49,338 bases of DNA from Octopus sinensis (taxonomy: Eukaryota). The translations under genes were made by a program, and so were the position numbers. The stretch covers positions 1-49,338 of the forward strand of contig NW_021832506.1 in NCBI RefSeq assembly GCF_006345805.1, in the 5' to 3' direction. Under the pieces are notes generated by a model. It was not told the DNA's origin, made no database searches, and saw nothing but the letters and a program-made list of their open reading frames with translations. Shown here in pieces: positions 26,191 to 38,969 of this stretch (positions are counted from its first letter, which is position 1; every line of letters begins with the position of its first letter).

Positions 26191-26571
26191 GTCAGTGAAC
26201 AAAAGAAACCTGTATTCAACATATTTGGTAGGAGTTATATTATTTAGTGACTGTTTGACTCGGCTCCATATGACAAAGTTTCGTCAGGCCGTAGGACGAA
26301 CTCAAGATATCCAGAAAAGATTATATATTACTGCATTTTGTGTTCATCATACTTTATAAATATACATATATAGCACTGGGATTGATGTAATCGACTTAGG
26401 TGAACTTGCTGGCCTTGTGTCAAAATTTGAAACCACTTATGCACCTCCTACCAAATGTATATATGTATATATATGCTTGTATGTATGTGTGTGCAAAAAA
26501 CAAAAGACGAAGACAGATGTAGGAACAACAAGCAGGTGCATCAGTTTAACGCTCGGGAAAAATGGAAAAGT

Positions 26572-26607
26572 CTTTTACGTTTCGAGCCTACGCTCTCCGT
26601 CAGAAAG
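26572..26607 (-). ncRNA. Hammerhead-like motif, family A (core CUGACGG), in element 26480-26700
   Basis: Minus strand: CTTT CTGACGG A GAGC GTAG GCTC GAAAC GTA AAAG. Confidence 0.55.
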
Positions 26608-26884
26608 GATTAAGAAGTAAAAATGGATCAGTATAGCCGTGAAAACAGCAGAAAGATTTGGTCTTTTACCCTTACATGACGGAGAAAGTTGCCAGTAGAT
26701 ATATAATATATATATATGTGTGTGTATGTGTGTGTGTGTGTGTGTGTGTGCGCGCTTGTGTGTATGTATGTATGTAGCGTCTGTGTATGTATGTAGGTGC
26801 GTGTCTATGTATATGTGCATATATGTGTGTGTGTGCCTTAGAGTATGTGTGTATGTGAGCATGTGTGTACATAAGTGTGATGCT

Positions 26885-26950
<66 letters not shown>

Positions 26951-27292
26951 TTATCCAGTCAACACTGCTCCTGTGTCCAAGTCATACACTTCACGTAACC
27001 CTTTCCCACCAACTCAATGGTCGGAGATCATTGGCGGTGCTGATTATTCCCTGTAGGAAAGGTGTTTCAACCCCTGACTCATTCAAGAAGCTTAAGAACG
27101 TGACCATAATTTTCTTCCTAAGCATGTTGCTTCACATTCTATTATCTTAAAGCCCACAAAGAAATGTTTACTTGGAGCTTGTTTGGGAAGTTCGAATACT
27201 TGCAACAAAACGCCTCCACCACCTGAAAGACATCAATTAAAAAATGTCAAAAATATCTTCGTGTCTCTGACAAATCACAGTTGATCCATCTG

Positions 27293-27990
27293 GTCCATCT
27301 GCCTCCAGTCCATCTGCCTCCAGTCCATCTGCCTCCAGTCCATCTGCCTCTAGTCCATCTGTCTCCAGTCCATCTGCCTCCAGTCCATCTGCCTCCAGTC
27401 CATCTGTCTCCAGTCCATCTGCCTCCAGTCCATCTGCCTCCAGTCGATCTGCCTCCAGTCCATCTGCCTCTAGTCCATCTGCCTCCAGTCCATCTGCCTC
27501 TAGTCCATCTGCCTCTAGTCCATCTGCCTCTAGTCCATCTGCCTCCAGTCCATCTGCCTCCAGTCCATCTGCCTCTAGTCCATCTGCCTCCAGTCCATCT
27601 GCCTCCAGTCCATCTGCCTCCAGTCCATCTGCCTCTAGTCCATCTGCCTCCAGTCCATCTGCCTCCAGTCCATCTGCCTCCAGTCCATCTGCCTCCAGTC
27701 CATCTGCCTTATTCCATCTGCCTCCAGTCCATCTGCTCTAGTCATCTGCTCCAGTCCATCTGCCTCCAGTCCATCTGCCTCCAGTCCATCTGCCTCCAGT
27801 CCCATCTGACTCCAGTCCATCACCTCCAGTCCATCTGCCTCCATCCATCTGCTCCAGTCCATCTGCTCCAGTCCATCTGGCTCCAGTCCATCTGCCTCCA
27901 GTCCATCTGCCTCTAGTCCATCTGCCTCCAGTCCATCTGCCTCTAGTCCATCTGCCTCCAGTCCATCTGCCTCCAGTCCATCTGCCTCCA
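27293..27990. repeat. 15-bp minisatellite (GTCCATCTGCCTCCA)n, about 46 units
   Basis: Seen directly; the first half is regular and the second half indel-rich. Confidence 0.95.
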
Positions 27991-28209
27991 AATTACAGTT
28001 GATCCATTTGGTCCCTTACCGAAAGGTCTTATGCTAATTTGAGAAATATTCCTATCTGTGCTCATGCTAATATTTTCTGCTTTCCTCACTTCCAGCTGCA
28101 TTTAACACAATTCCTCAGAAGCCCTCCTCTGAAACTTCCTGCTTAACTGGGAATAACAAAGTTGTAATTTCTCTATTTCGGAACAGTAAAATATGATGCA
28201 ACGAACAAA

Positions 28210-28249
<40 letters not shown>

Positions 28250-28807
28250 AGAGATAAGAGGAAGGCAGAGAAAGATTAAATACTGAATCTGATATGTGTC
28301 ATAATCTCATAAGTTCGAACATCATACGTGGAGCTGGTGCCAAACAAAACATATTACTGATGTTGCAATAACAGAATAAGACGCGCAAGTTAAACATATA
28401 AAGACAACAAAATGGCGGTTGTATTGTGAGAAACAAGCCCGCACTTATTTGTTACAGTTTGATGGTTGATTTGCACGATAGTTGATTTTAATGAAATAAA
28501 AGAGAGGAAAATGGGAGTCTGATATGTTGTAAAGATAATATTGGATTGGAGCTGCTCGGTTAGAGCCATTCCAATTATTGATAAACTTCACAGAAGATAG
28601 AAAGACATTATTTGTCACTTGAAAACAATATGGTTGTTCAACATGCCAGGATTTCAAATATTCAATAATTGGGCATCATAACAACAACAACAACAGCAAC
28701 AACAATAATACAATAACAAGAATAACAAAAATAAACAATAGTAATAATAATAAAAACATGCTACATCATCAATTGTCATTGATTTTTCTCCAGATATTTG
28801 CTCTATT

Positions 28808-28924
28808 GATTACTTGAGTCTTCACTCAGATCAATGAATTGAGTGACTACTTTGATTACTGGAGTGTTCACTCTGATCGATTACTTGAGTGCCCACTCTG
28901 ATCAATTACTTGAGTGCCCACTCT
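28808..28924. repeat. Short degenerate tandem repeat, about 25-bp unit GATTACTTGAGTGCCCACTCTGATC
   Basis: 4-5 copies; the best copies contain the palindrome GAGTG-CC-CACTC. Confidence 0.75.
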
Positions 28925-29543
28925 TATATTTAAGAAACTACTCAAGCTACATTGTCCAATATTTTAATCAGTGATTACTTTGGATAGTCGTGGGTGGAAC
29001 GTCTTTGATTATAGGTTTGTTAAATCAGGGCCGAATTGAAGCAAAACAACAATTATAGCAACAAGCAAAACAGCTAGTTATAAAATATCTGTAAGAGATG
29101 AAAGCAGTAACTATACTGGCAAGTGATGTTTGTCGCCACTTCAACATAGTTGTCCCGTAAGAACGGACGCTACTGCGGTTTTTCAACCACAAGAAGAGGA
29201 CTTCTCTCGCTGCTTAACGATGCATTCAGCATCCGATATATTTGTAAGCAGGGGAGTGAACCCCTACCACCTTCAAGCGACAGAGCCAACAGACAAACCT
29301 GGTTTCGGGTTATATCTTCCCTTCCTGAGTGTTCGACCTTGTCTGTCAGAGATGGCAGTAGTTCGCTCAAGATTTTATAGCTAGCTGTTTTGCTTGTTGC
29401 AAGATCAGCCACTGAATGTTGCTTGAATTTTTATACGTGTATGGTAAACTTGAACGAACTACGGCCATCTCTAGCCGACAGGGTATCCAGACAAGATATC
29501 CAGAAGTCATGAGAGCCACTGAGTGCTTCTGTATCAGAAAATC

Positions 29544-29545
<2 letters not shown>

Positions 29546-29606
<61 letters not shown>

Positions 29607-29889
29607 GTTTGACTTTTGCTTTACATTTGTACAAGTTGGCTCCAAGTCTCACCCAGAGACCTCAAGAGACAACAAGTTGGAAGTTCATGTTGGTGTTATG
29701 CCTAGGTTGCCATATATTTGGTTTTGTACTTAGTGTTGTACTAGTGAATGCCAAAAAAACCATACGAAAATTTGTTTGGTTTTAAAACTTGAGATTACAT
29801 AGAAAGTATTTTGCGTAGGATATGAGCAGTTCCCATGAGCACTATCTTTTGAATTTCTGCCATTTTGGGGTTTCCTGGTATCTGAGTTA

Positions 29890-29890
<1 letters not shown>
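29546..29890 (-). mobile_element. R4/Dong-like family A 3' end within a (TAA)n tract
   Basis: Homologous to 14525-14810; (ATT)n on both sides. Confidence 0.9.
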
Positions 29891-29921
<31 letters not shown>

Positions 29922-29965
29922 TATTATTATTATCATTATTATTATTATTGTTGTTGTTGCTATTA

Positions 29966-30180
29966 TTAAGGCGACGAGCTAGAAGAATCGTTCGCACGCT
30001 GGGCAAAATGAATTAGCGGCATTTCGCCTGTTTTCACGTTCTGAGTGCAAATCCCGCTGCGGTCGACTTTTCTTTTCATCCTTTCGAGATCGATGAAATA
30101 AGTACCAGTGAAATACTGGGGCTGATATAATCGACTAGTCCCCTCCTCACAAAATTTCAGACTTTGTGCCTTTAGTAAAG
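29966..30180 (+). mobile_element. SINE S2-related copy, diverged
   Basis: GGCGACGAGCTAGAAGAATCGTT...GAGTGCAAATCCC. Confidence 0.75.
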
Positions 30181-30183
30181 AGG

Positions 30184-30257
<74 letters not shown>

Positions 30258-30294
30258 CATTATTTATATTATTATCATTATCATCATCATCATC

Positions 30295-30332
<38 letters not shown>

Positions 30333-30355
30333 CATCATTATCATCATCATCATCA

Positions 30356-30432
<77 letters not shown>

Positions 30433-30979
30433 TAGTTTTATTTTTATAGCGTGCTTTCACTTCACTACCGAGCGCAGCTCTGTGTGCCTTGGGTATGTGC
30501 TGTGATTTGTTGTGATGCTCTGATGGTTATTGTATGGAAAGTGTTCTGGGTAGGATGTGTGCAGTGCCTAGTAGTGCAATTTTCTGTATGTTATATGTGT
30601 TTGTAAGTCCTGGTGTTTTTGTTATGTATTTGTCTGAATATTTTTTTATCATGCCTAATGCACCTACTATGATAGAATTGTTTCTGTTTTCAGATTCCAC
30701 ATTCTAGTTACCTCTATTTCCAGGTCTTTGTATTTTGAGAGTTTCTCCATTTCTTTTAGAGACACGTTGTCATCAGCCGGTATTGATACTTCAATTAGAA
30801 AGCATTTTTTTTCTTCATGGTCTCTGACAACTATATCTGGTCTGTTGGCCTTAATTTCTCTATCTGTGTGTATCGGCATATCCCAGAGTATGGTTGCTTT
30901 CTCGTTTTCTGTGACCTTTTCTGGTGTGTGCCTATACCATCTTTTTTCTGTTGTTATTCCATAATGTTGGCATAGCTTC

Positions 30980-30980
<1 letters not shown>
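30184..30980 (-). mobile_element. R4/Dong-like family C: RLE domain, 3'UTR and (TAA)n tail
   Basis: ORF 30667-30879: IHTDREIKANRPDIVVRDHEEKKCFLIEVSIPADDNVSLKEMEKLSKYKDLEIEV; flanked by (ATT)n at 30184-30431 and 30981-31340. Confidence 0.9.
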
Positions 30981-31063
<83 letters not shown>

Positions 31064-31083
31064 CATTATCATCATCATCATCA

Positions 31084-31150
<67 letters not shown>

Positions 31151-31161
31151 CATCATCATCA

Positions 31162-31207
<46 letters not shown>

Positions 31208-31245
31208 CATTATCCTTATCATTATCATCATCATCATCATCATCA

Positions 31246-31329
<84 letters not shown>

Positions 31330-31899
31330 TTATTATTATGGTCACCATAGTGTAAATTCACGGCTACTTGGGGCTTTGTAAGTCGTGAGAATATCTTCTA
31401 TCTTTTCGGCCTTTTACTTGGTACAGCATACTTTTTAACAATGTCTGGACTGCGGTGCCAGTGCTTTCGTCTCGAGACACCCTCTGTTTAGCAGGAGGTG
31501 CGCATCAATATTTCTGAGCTTTGTGGAAAAAAGTAGCATTTTTATATTTTTCAAATATTTTTGAAACATGTCGGAAAAAGTATTCATAATAATGTTCGAT
31601 AACGGGACAAGTTCAACGGCAGGAAACCGTCGGAATACTGTGGCCTTGACTACGGGAAATGACGTCATCGCCACGCCAACGGAAAACCAACACGAGGTTA
31701 AAGGCTGAATGCGGTGTACTTTTGTCTGTAAACAGCAGCAATGCATTCGACAAACATCTCAACAATTCACATTCAAAACAATACCAACAGCAACAACAAT
31801 AACAACAATAACAACAACAACAAAAACAACAATGATAATAGCGATAAGGATAACAAATTTAAATAAGAGAGAAATGAAAATTTGAAAGAAAAGCGAACA

Positions 31900-32124
31900 C
31901 CACCACCACGCCGCCATCACACCACCAACACCACTGCTGTCACCACCACCACAGCACCACCACAACCACCACCACCACCACCACCACCACCACCACCACC
32001 ACCAACCACCACCACCACACCACCACCACCACCACCACCACCACCACCACCACCCCACCACGCCACCGCAACACCACCACCACCACCACCACCACTACCA
32101 CCACCACCACGCCACCGCAACACC

Positions 32125-32159
<35 letters not shown>

Positions 32160-32195
32160 CACCACGCCACCGCTGCCACTGCCATCGCCAGCGCC
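31900..32195. repeat. (ACC)n microsatellite
   Basis: Seen directly. Confidence 0.95.
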
Positions 32196-33194
32196 GCCAC
32201 GTGGAGAGATGCTGAGAAAAGGATTGCTTGTGTAAGTGCTGCAAGAAATCTACAAGATTTCAACAGAGATAAAAGACTTAAAACTGGCAAATCAAATTAC
32301 AAACGCAAAAAAAAACAATAGGGGTCGAGTAGCCCATAATCCAAGGTCAAGGAAAACACTTAGAGAAGCAAGGTTTCATACCGCTGCATCGGAACAAATT
32401 CCTGGGGCCGAGATTCTAAAATTCCTTGTGAAAATTGCATGTGGAAACAAGACGCACATCAGTCGAGGATAGAAGTTTGGTATGGCTAAATTATGAACTG
32501 AGACAGAAGCAGAGGCTAGGTGTCATTCTACGGCGGCACTGAGGAATGGAGAACTTTGGTTAGTCCCCATCTATCGCGGCTAGTGTGCTGCCAGAAATAT
32601 CCGTCTTCTGGTAGGTGGTGGCCGTCTTGGCGGATATAGAGAAAGATATGGCAATCCTGGAGGTAAAAACAAAAATGCCTCAGCAAAGCTGGTCAGGAAT
32701 GGGCATGGAACTTACTATACAAAGCAACCAAATTCCTGATCTGATAGACTTCTGGATGGCTCCCACATGTCAGTGACAGTGGTGAGGAGAAAGCTAAGAT
32801 TCTATATATGTGGTTATGTGACTCATTTATAGACTTTCTGCCCTCAGACAAAAGAGACAAAACCTTTTCTACTGCCAACCCCACACGTACAAAATGAAGT
32901 AGAAGAGCTGAAGGCTCCAACCCCCACATGATAACTAAGGGGACGGAGACGTTTACGTCCGGCTCCCGAGGGAGGGCAAACTTCTGAACGCTTCAAACGA
33001 TCAACAACTGCAAAGGTAGGGAAAGAGAAGACCGGGTCGAAACATGTCAAACAGTCACCCAAAAGGGACAAGGATACGAGGAGGAGGAGGGCACACACAG
33101 CTTCACTCCGAAGACACGACAAAATCCACAACAGTAACCCAACTCACAGACGCTCCAATAAGAAAAACAGCAACATCAACAACAATAGCAGCAA

Positions 33195-33197
33195 CAC

Positions 33198-33230
<33 letters not shown>

Positions 33231-33255
33231 AATAATAATAATAATAATAATAATA

Positions 33256-33305
<50 letters not shown>

Positions 33306-33337
33306 CATCACCATCACCATCATCATCATCATCATCA

Positions 33338-33393
<56 letters not shown>

Positions 33394-33571
33394 CCACCAT
33401 CACCATCATCATCATCATCACATCATCATCATCATCATCATCATCATCACCATCACCATCATCATCATCATCATCACCATCACCATCATCATCATCATCA
33501 CATCATCATCATCACCATCACCATCATCATCATCATCACATCATCTTCATCATCATCATCATCATCATCAC

Positions 33572-33603
<32 letters not shown>

Positions 33604-33608
33604 CATCA

Positions 33609-33640
<32 letters not shown>

Positions 33641-33770
33641 CCACCATCACCATCATCATCATCACCATCACCATCATCATCATCATCACATCATCATCAT
33701 CACCATCATTATCATCATTATCATCATCGACGACGACGACGACGACAACAACAACAACAACATGAAAACA
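33195..33770. repeat. (CAT)n expansion inside the Tx1 ORF1 region
   Basis: Seen directly. Confidence 0.95.
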
Positions 33771-34655
33771 CAGAAACACAATAATAAGCAAAGCTGAAGC
33801 CACAAAACCGACAGAATATCTCTTGCAGTCTCCATCAATTTCACTGTTCTAGACAAAAACAACCGTGGTTTGATGGAATACTCAAATCAAAATATAAACT
33901 AATTTGAGACAAAGCGGGAGAGAATTTGAAGATTTCATCCTCAAAACCTCGAGGGACAGAAAATTTTAAAAAAACTAAAAAAACGTGTTCTGATTTGTTT
34001 AAAACAATTCGGGAACAATTCCCGGCTAGGGTGGGGATTTTTTAAAACGTCTATTGATAATTTTTTTTAGAAGGGCCTTTTAGAAAGCATTCGATCGAAG
34101 AGAGGTTCGGAACATTGAGTTTCTCGAAAATCAAGTTAAATAATCTCTCCTTTTTCTTTCTCCAACGGGCATGGCTGTCCTGAAAGTCAGGTGAGTGAAT
34201 GTGCGTAGCTTGGGGTCAGTTTCGAAGTAAGTTCGCTTGCTCAACGATATCAGGTTGCTCGAGGTCTTTAGGATCAAACGGTGGGGGTAGCAGTGGGGGT
34301 AGCAGGGCTATTCCGGAAACGTTTAAATCTCCAAGTACTGGAAATCCTCTTGTACCTGGGCGGTAGTGTTGTGGTCCTAGAAGTGAACGGCAGCGAAGGT
34401 GGCCTTTAGACTGGTGACCGTTTATACCCCTACAGGATTTCTTCAGACGTCTAGAACATTCCTGATAACTTCTTGCTCTTGAGTTCTACTGGAAGATTGG
34501 AATTGTATTTTAGTCACACAGAAATGGATGAAAAATTCTCGAAAACTTTCTCAGGTTCCGGTAGGATTTCCCTGTTATTCCATTGTGGACATGGAGCAAC
34601 CACAGAGGATCATCCAGATTGTATCTAGATAGAGTACATGTTAGATCAGCATATT

Positions 34656-35242
34656 TCTTTCTTTATTACCCTCAGGGGGCTAAACATAGAGGGAACAAAC
34701 AAGGACAAACAAAGGGATTAAGTCGATAATATCGACCCCAGTATGTAACTGGTACTTATTTAATCAACCCCGAAAGGATGAAAGGCAAAGTTGACCTCGG
34801 CGGAATTTGAACTCAGAACGTAACGGCAGACGAAATACCTATTTCTTTACTACCCACAAGGGGCTAAACACAGCGAACAAATAAGGACAGACAAACGGAT
34901 TAAGTCGATTACATCAACCCCAGTGCATAACTGGTACTTAATTTATCGACCCCGAAAGGATGAAAGACAAAGTCGACCTCGGCGGAATTTGAACGGCAGA
35001 CGAAATACCTATTTCATTATTACCCACAAGGGGATAAACACAGAGGGGACAAACGAGGACAGACAAACGGATTAAGTCGATTATATCGACCCCAGTGCGT
35101 AACTGGTACTTAATTTATCGACCCCGAAAGGATGAAAGGCAAAGTCGACCTCGGCGGAATTTGAACTCAGAACGTAGCGGCAGACGAAATACCGCTAAGC
35201 ATTTCGCCCAGCGTGCTACCGATTCTGCCAGCTCTCCGCCTT
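34656..35242 (-). mobile_element. SINE S2 trimer with about 18-bp TSD (2 mismatches)
   Basis: ATGTTAGATCAGCATATT at 34638-34655 versus ATGCTAGGTCAGCATATT at 35243-35260; two internal GAAATA|GGTATTTCG junctions. Confidence 0.85.
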
Positions 35243-35652
35243 ATGCTAGGTCAGCATATTGGGACAGTGTTGGATGCCCACAGTTTAAACTGGAACTTCT
35301 GATCTGCTCAATCGATTTAGATAGGTCTAGTAGGCAAGGCCCGGTTACTAGAAGCTGGACAGTGGGTCGCGATGAATAGGCTGTTTCGATAAAATCGATA
35401 CCATTTAGCAAAGAATTATCAAGCGGAAGAAATAGATTAGAAGGAGAACTAGTTAGGAACCTAGAAGAGGTGATTAGTAAAGGTATCGCCACCGAGGTGC
35501 TAGCGGTGAGAATAGCCCTAGACCATTTCTTCGAGGCGAAAAACGAAGGCCCGTGCACTCAAATACCTGGAACTAAAGCCGCCTGATAAATTTGAACGGT
35601 AGGGACACACCGCGGCAACAAACCCACAATTAGGTCTTTGATGGACCGGGAT

Positions 35653-36181
35653 GCGAAATTTTTTTTCCTACGAGAGTTCCGGCTCCTGCAATGAACTCAT
35701 TTGCATGCAGCCAATCAGATCTCACCTTGACCTTGTTAAGTTAACAAACAGACTCTACCAAGTAAACTCAACGAATAGCAGTGTTGTAAGTCGCCCGATC
35801 GCCAAGTTATGTCTGATTTTAGGAGACAAGTAATTAAATAGATTTGTATCTATAGCTATATCGGATTTTGTTAGGGCCCCATATGGTAAAGATGTGGATG
35901 GGGAAAATGTGGGTAGAGGGTGATATGCTAGCAACCCTCTCTCCTTACTGTTTTACAAAGTAAGCAACAATACAAATTACGCAGAGACAGCCAAGAACAA
36001 GAACAACAAGCATTATTAAAAGTGAAAAGAAGCATGGCCATTCCTTAACTAAGTGACCTTATCTTATCACCCATCACTTGTTATGCACTCATAAATTAGT
36101 TTGATAGTTGAGCCCTGATTGGCTGTATGCAAATGAGTTCATAACTGGGGTCCGGAACTCTCATGGGGAAAAAAATTTCGC
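35653..36181. mobile_element. Mutator-like MITE, 529 bp, about 70-bp TIRs, imperfect 9-bp TSD
   Basis: TIRs at 35653-35724 and 36109-36181; GACCGGGAT versus GACCGAGAC; the Tx1 linker frame resumes after the element. Confidence 0.75.
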
Positions 36182-36574
36182 GACCGAGACAGGCACGTGT
36201 TACTTGGTTCCAAACAGATGTGAGCAGCTTTGCAGCAGCACTTCGTGGGAAGAGTGGATGGCGCTTAAGTATAGACCTTTCAGTATAGAACTGTGAGTCG
36301 GAGAGACGGAACTAGAGATGGCCCTTGCCCTTAGTGCTCGGGAAGATCTTGGGTGGTGGGGTTCTTTGATTGTCCCTCGAGGTCTTCCTATTACAGGAGG
36401 AGCACGTCACCATCACTTTTTCTTTTCGCTGTTGTATGTTATGATTGCTTCCCTTCTGTGTTTATTTCCTGTGTGTGTTATTATTAATATATTTCATTCT
36501 ATGTAAAACCTCTCACACTTTTTCTGTTTGAGTCTGTATTGCCCGCCTCGTCCATCGCCCGGGTGGCAAATAGA

Positions 36575-36619
36575 AAAATCATCTCCATCACCATTATCAC
36601 CACCTCCACCAACACCAAA

Positions 36620-36650
<31 letters not shown>

Positions 36651-37016
36651 TCATCATTACCACCACCACCATCATCACCATCACCATCATCACCATCATC
36701 ACCACCACCACCACCACCACCACCACCACCACCACCAACACCACCAACACCATCATCATCATCATCATCATTACTGAATCTTGTAAAATAATTTTTTATT
36801 ATTGTTGTTGCTATTGTTGTTGTTATCATCATCATCATCATCATCATCATCATTATTATTATTATTATTATTGTTGTTGTTATTATTATTATTATTATCA
36901 TTATTATCATCATCATCATCATCATCATCATTATTATTATTATTATTATTATTATTGTTGTTGTTGTTGTTGTTGTTGTTATTATTACTATTATTATTAT
37001 TATTATTATCATTATT

Positions 37017-37109
<93 letters not shown>

Positions 37110-37163
37110 GTTGTTGTTGTTGTTGTTATTATTATTACTATTATTATTATTATTATTATTATT

Positions 37164-37204
<41 letters not shown>

Positions 37205-37218
37205 AATTATTATTATTA

Positions 37219-37253
<35 letters not shown>

Positions 37254-37320
37254 GTTGTTGTTGTGTTGTTGTTGTTATTATTATTACTATTATTATTATT
37301 ATTATATTATTATCATTATT

Positions 37321-37364
<44 letters not shown>

Positions 37365-37474
37365 TATTATTATTATTATTATTATTATATTATTGTTGTT
37401 GTTATTATTATTATTATGTTGTTGTTGTTGTTGTTATTATTATTACTATTATTATTATTATTATTATCATTATT

Positions 37475-37543
<69 letters not shown>

Positions 37544-38250
37544 GTTGTTGTTATTATTATTATTACTATTATCATCATCATCATCGTCGTCGTCGTCGTT
37601 GTTTGCGGTGGTTGATGTTGTAACGGTGTTTTGTAAAAAATGTTTCTGTTTGGTCGCTTCAATCAGTTATCGATCTGTGAGATGAATCCAAGTCTAGACT
37701 GAACAATTTGGGGGGTCGGAGAGGAAGGGGGGGAGGAAAGGTATGTATCGATGACGTGGCTGGTGTTGATAATACAGGAGAGAGAGAGAAGGCGGCGGTG
37801 CGATGGTGTTGATAATGTTGCAACTGTAGGTGGTGATGATGATGGTGAGATAACGATGATGGAGGTGATAATGACGATGGTGATGACGATGGTGATGATG
37901 ATGGTGGTGGTAGTGGTGGTGGCGGTGGTGGTGGTTCGAGTGGTGGTGGTAGTGGTAGTTCGAGTGGTGGTGGTAGTGGTGGTAGTGGTGGTGGTGATGA
38001 TTGAGATGGTGATGGTGGCGGTGGTGGTGGTTCGAGTGGTGGTGGTAGTGGTGGTGGTGGTGATGATTGAGATGGTGATGGTGGTGGTGGTGGTTTGAGT
38101 GGTGGTGATGAATGAGATGGTGGTGGTGGTGGTGGTTCGAGTGGTGGTGGTGGTGGTGGTGGTAGTGGTGGTGGTGGTGGTGGTGGTGGTTGTGGTGGTG
38201 GTGGTGGGGTGGTGGTGATGGGAATGATGACGATGATGGTAGTGGGGGTG
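36575..38250. repeat. Compound trinucleotide arrays (ACC, ATC, ATT, GTT, GGT)
   Basis: Seen directly; source of the long poly-residue pseudo-ORFs. Confidence 0.95.
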
Positions 38251-38969
38251 TTTGGTGAACGGAATAAATAGAAGTCGTGGAGAAGAGGGAAGGAAGAGGT
38301 CGAGAGAGAGAGAGAGAAAGAAAGAGAGAGAGAGAGAAGGAGAGAAAGGAAAGATGGAAGAAAGAAAGAAAGGAAGAAAGAAAGAAGGTAAAAAGGAGAG
38401 CGTGAAGAGCATGAGTGTGTGTACGAGTGTAAGCTAGAGCGTGTGTGTGTATGTGTGTGTGTGTGTGTGTGTAATGCATTTATGTACGCGTGTGATTCTA
38501 TATGTGTATGTACGCTTGAATATGTGTGTGCGTGTGTGCGTGTGTCTGTGGAGGAGGAGGAGGAGGAGGAGAGAAAATCAAAATGGAAAGGAAGAAAAAA
38601 AAAGAAAAGAAAGAAGGAAAGAAAGAGGTGGGCGGTGGTGGGGAGATGAGGAAGGAAACGATGAGGAATGAGGAGAATGAAGTGAATGAAAGAAGGAATG
38701 AAAAAAAGAAGGAGATTAGGTGAAGAGTTGTTGAGATGATAGTGATGTTGTTGGTGTTGGTGTTTAATCCCAGGCCAGTTAGGTCTGGACAGAAAATTTA
38801 ATCCAAGGCGTTCTAACCATGGCCAACTTGGTGTTATCTCGGGAATTATACATCTAGGACTCCACGACTCAGAGTATCCACCAGGGTCTAAGGTGGTAGA
38901 GGAAGGCTGGGTTACTATTTCTAGCAAGTTGAATACCCCTTCGTGAGAGCAACGGTTGTAGGATAGCGA

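Larger units (their letters stand above)
32200..36585 (+). pseudogene. Tx1/L1-clade LINE, decayed and internally deleted (ORF1 with zinc-knuckle remnant, ORF2 APE and linker, 3' end)
   Basis: ORF1 remnant LPEISVFW*VVAVL..WSGMGMELTIQSNQIPDLID..SVTVVRRKLRFYICGYVTHL*TFCP. ORF2 starts at ATG 34171 (MAVLKVR*VNVRSL..AFRLVTVYTPTG..DFFRRLE..VLLEDWNCIL). Linker RGNKPTIRSLMD..QQHF. The 3' end runs into (ATC/ACC)n. Confidence 0.8.

Noticed and set aside
26275-26300. Other CTGANGA occurrences (26281 minus, 10826 minus, 19023, 19737, 32540) as hammerheads
   Set aside because: No stem II-GAAA-stem III arrangement can be built around them.
27293-27720. (QMDWR)n frame superficially resembling reflectin MD-repeats
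   Set aside because: The frame is repeatedly broken by TAG and lacks the Tyr/Arg/Gly/Met composition of reflectin; it is a product of the 15-bp repeat.
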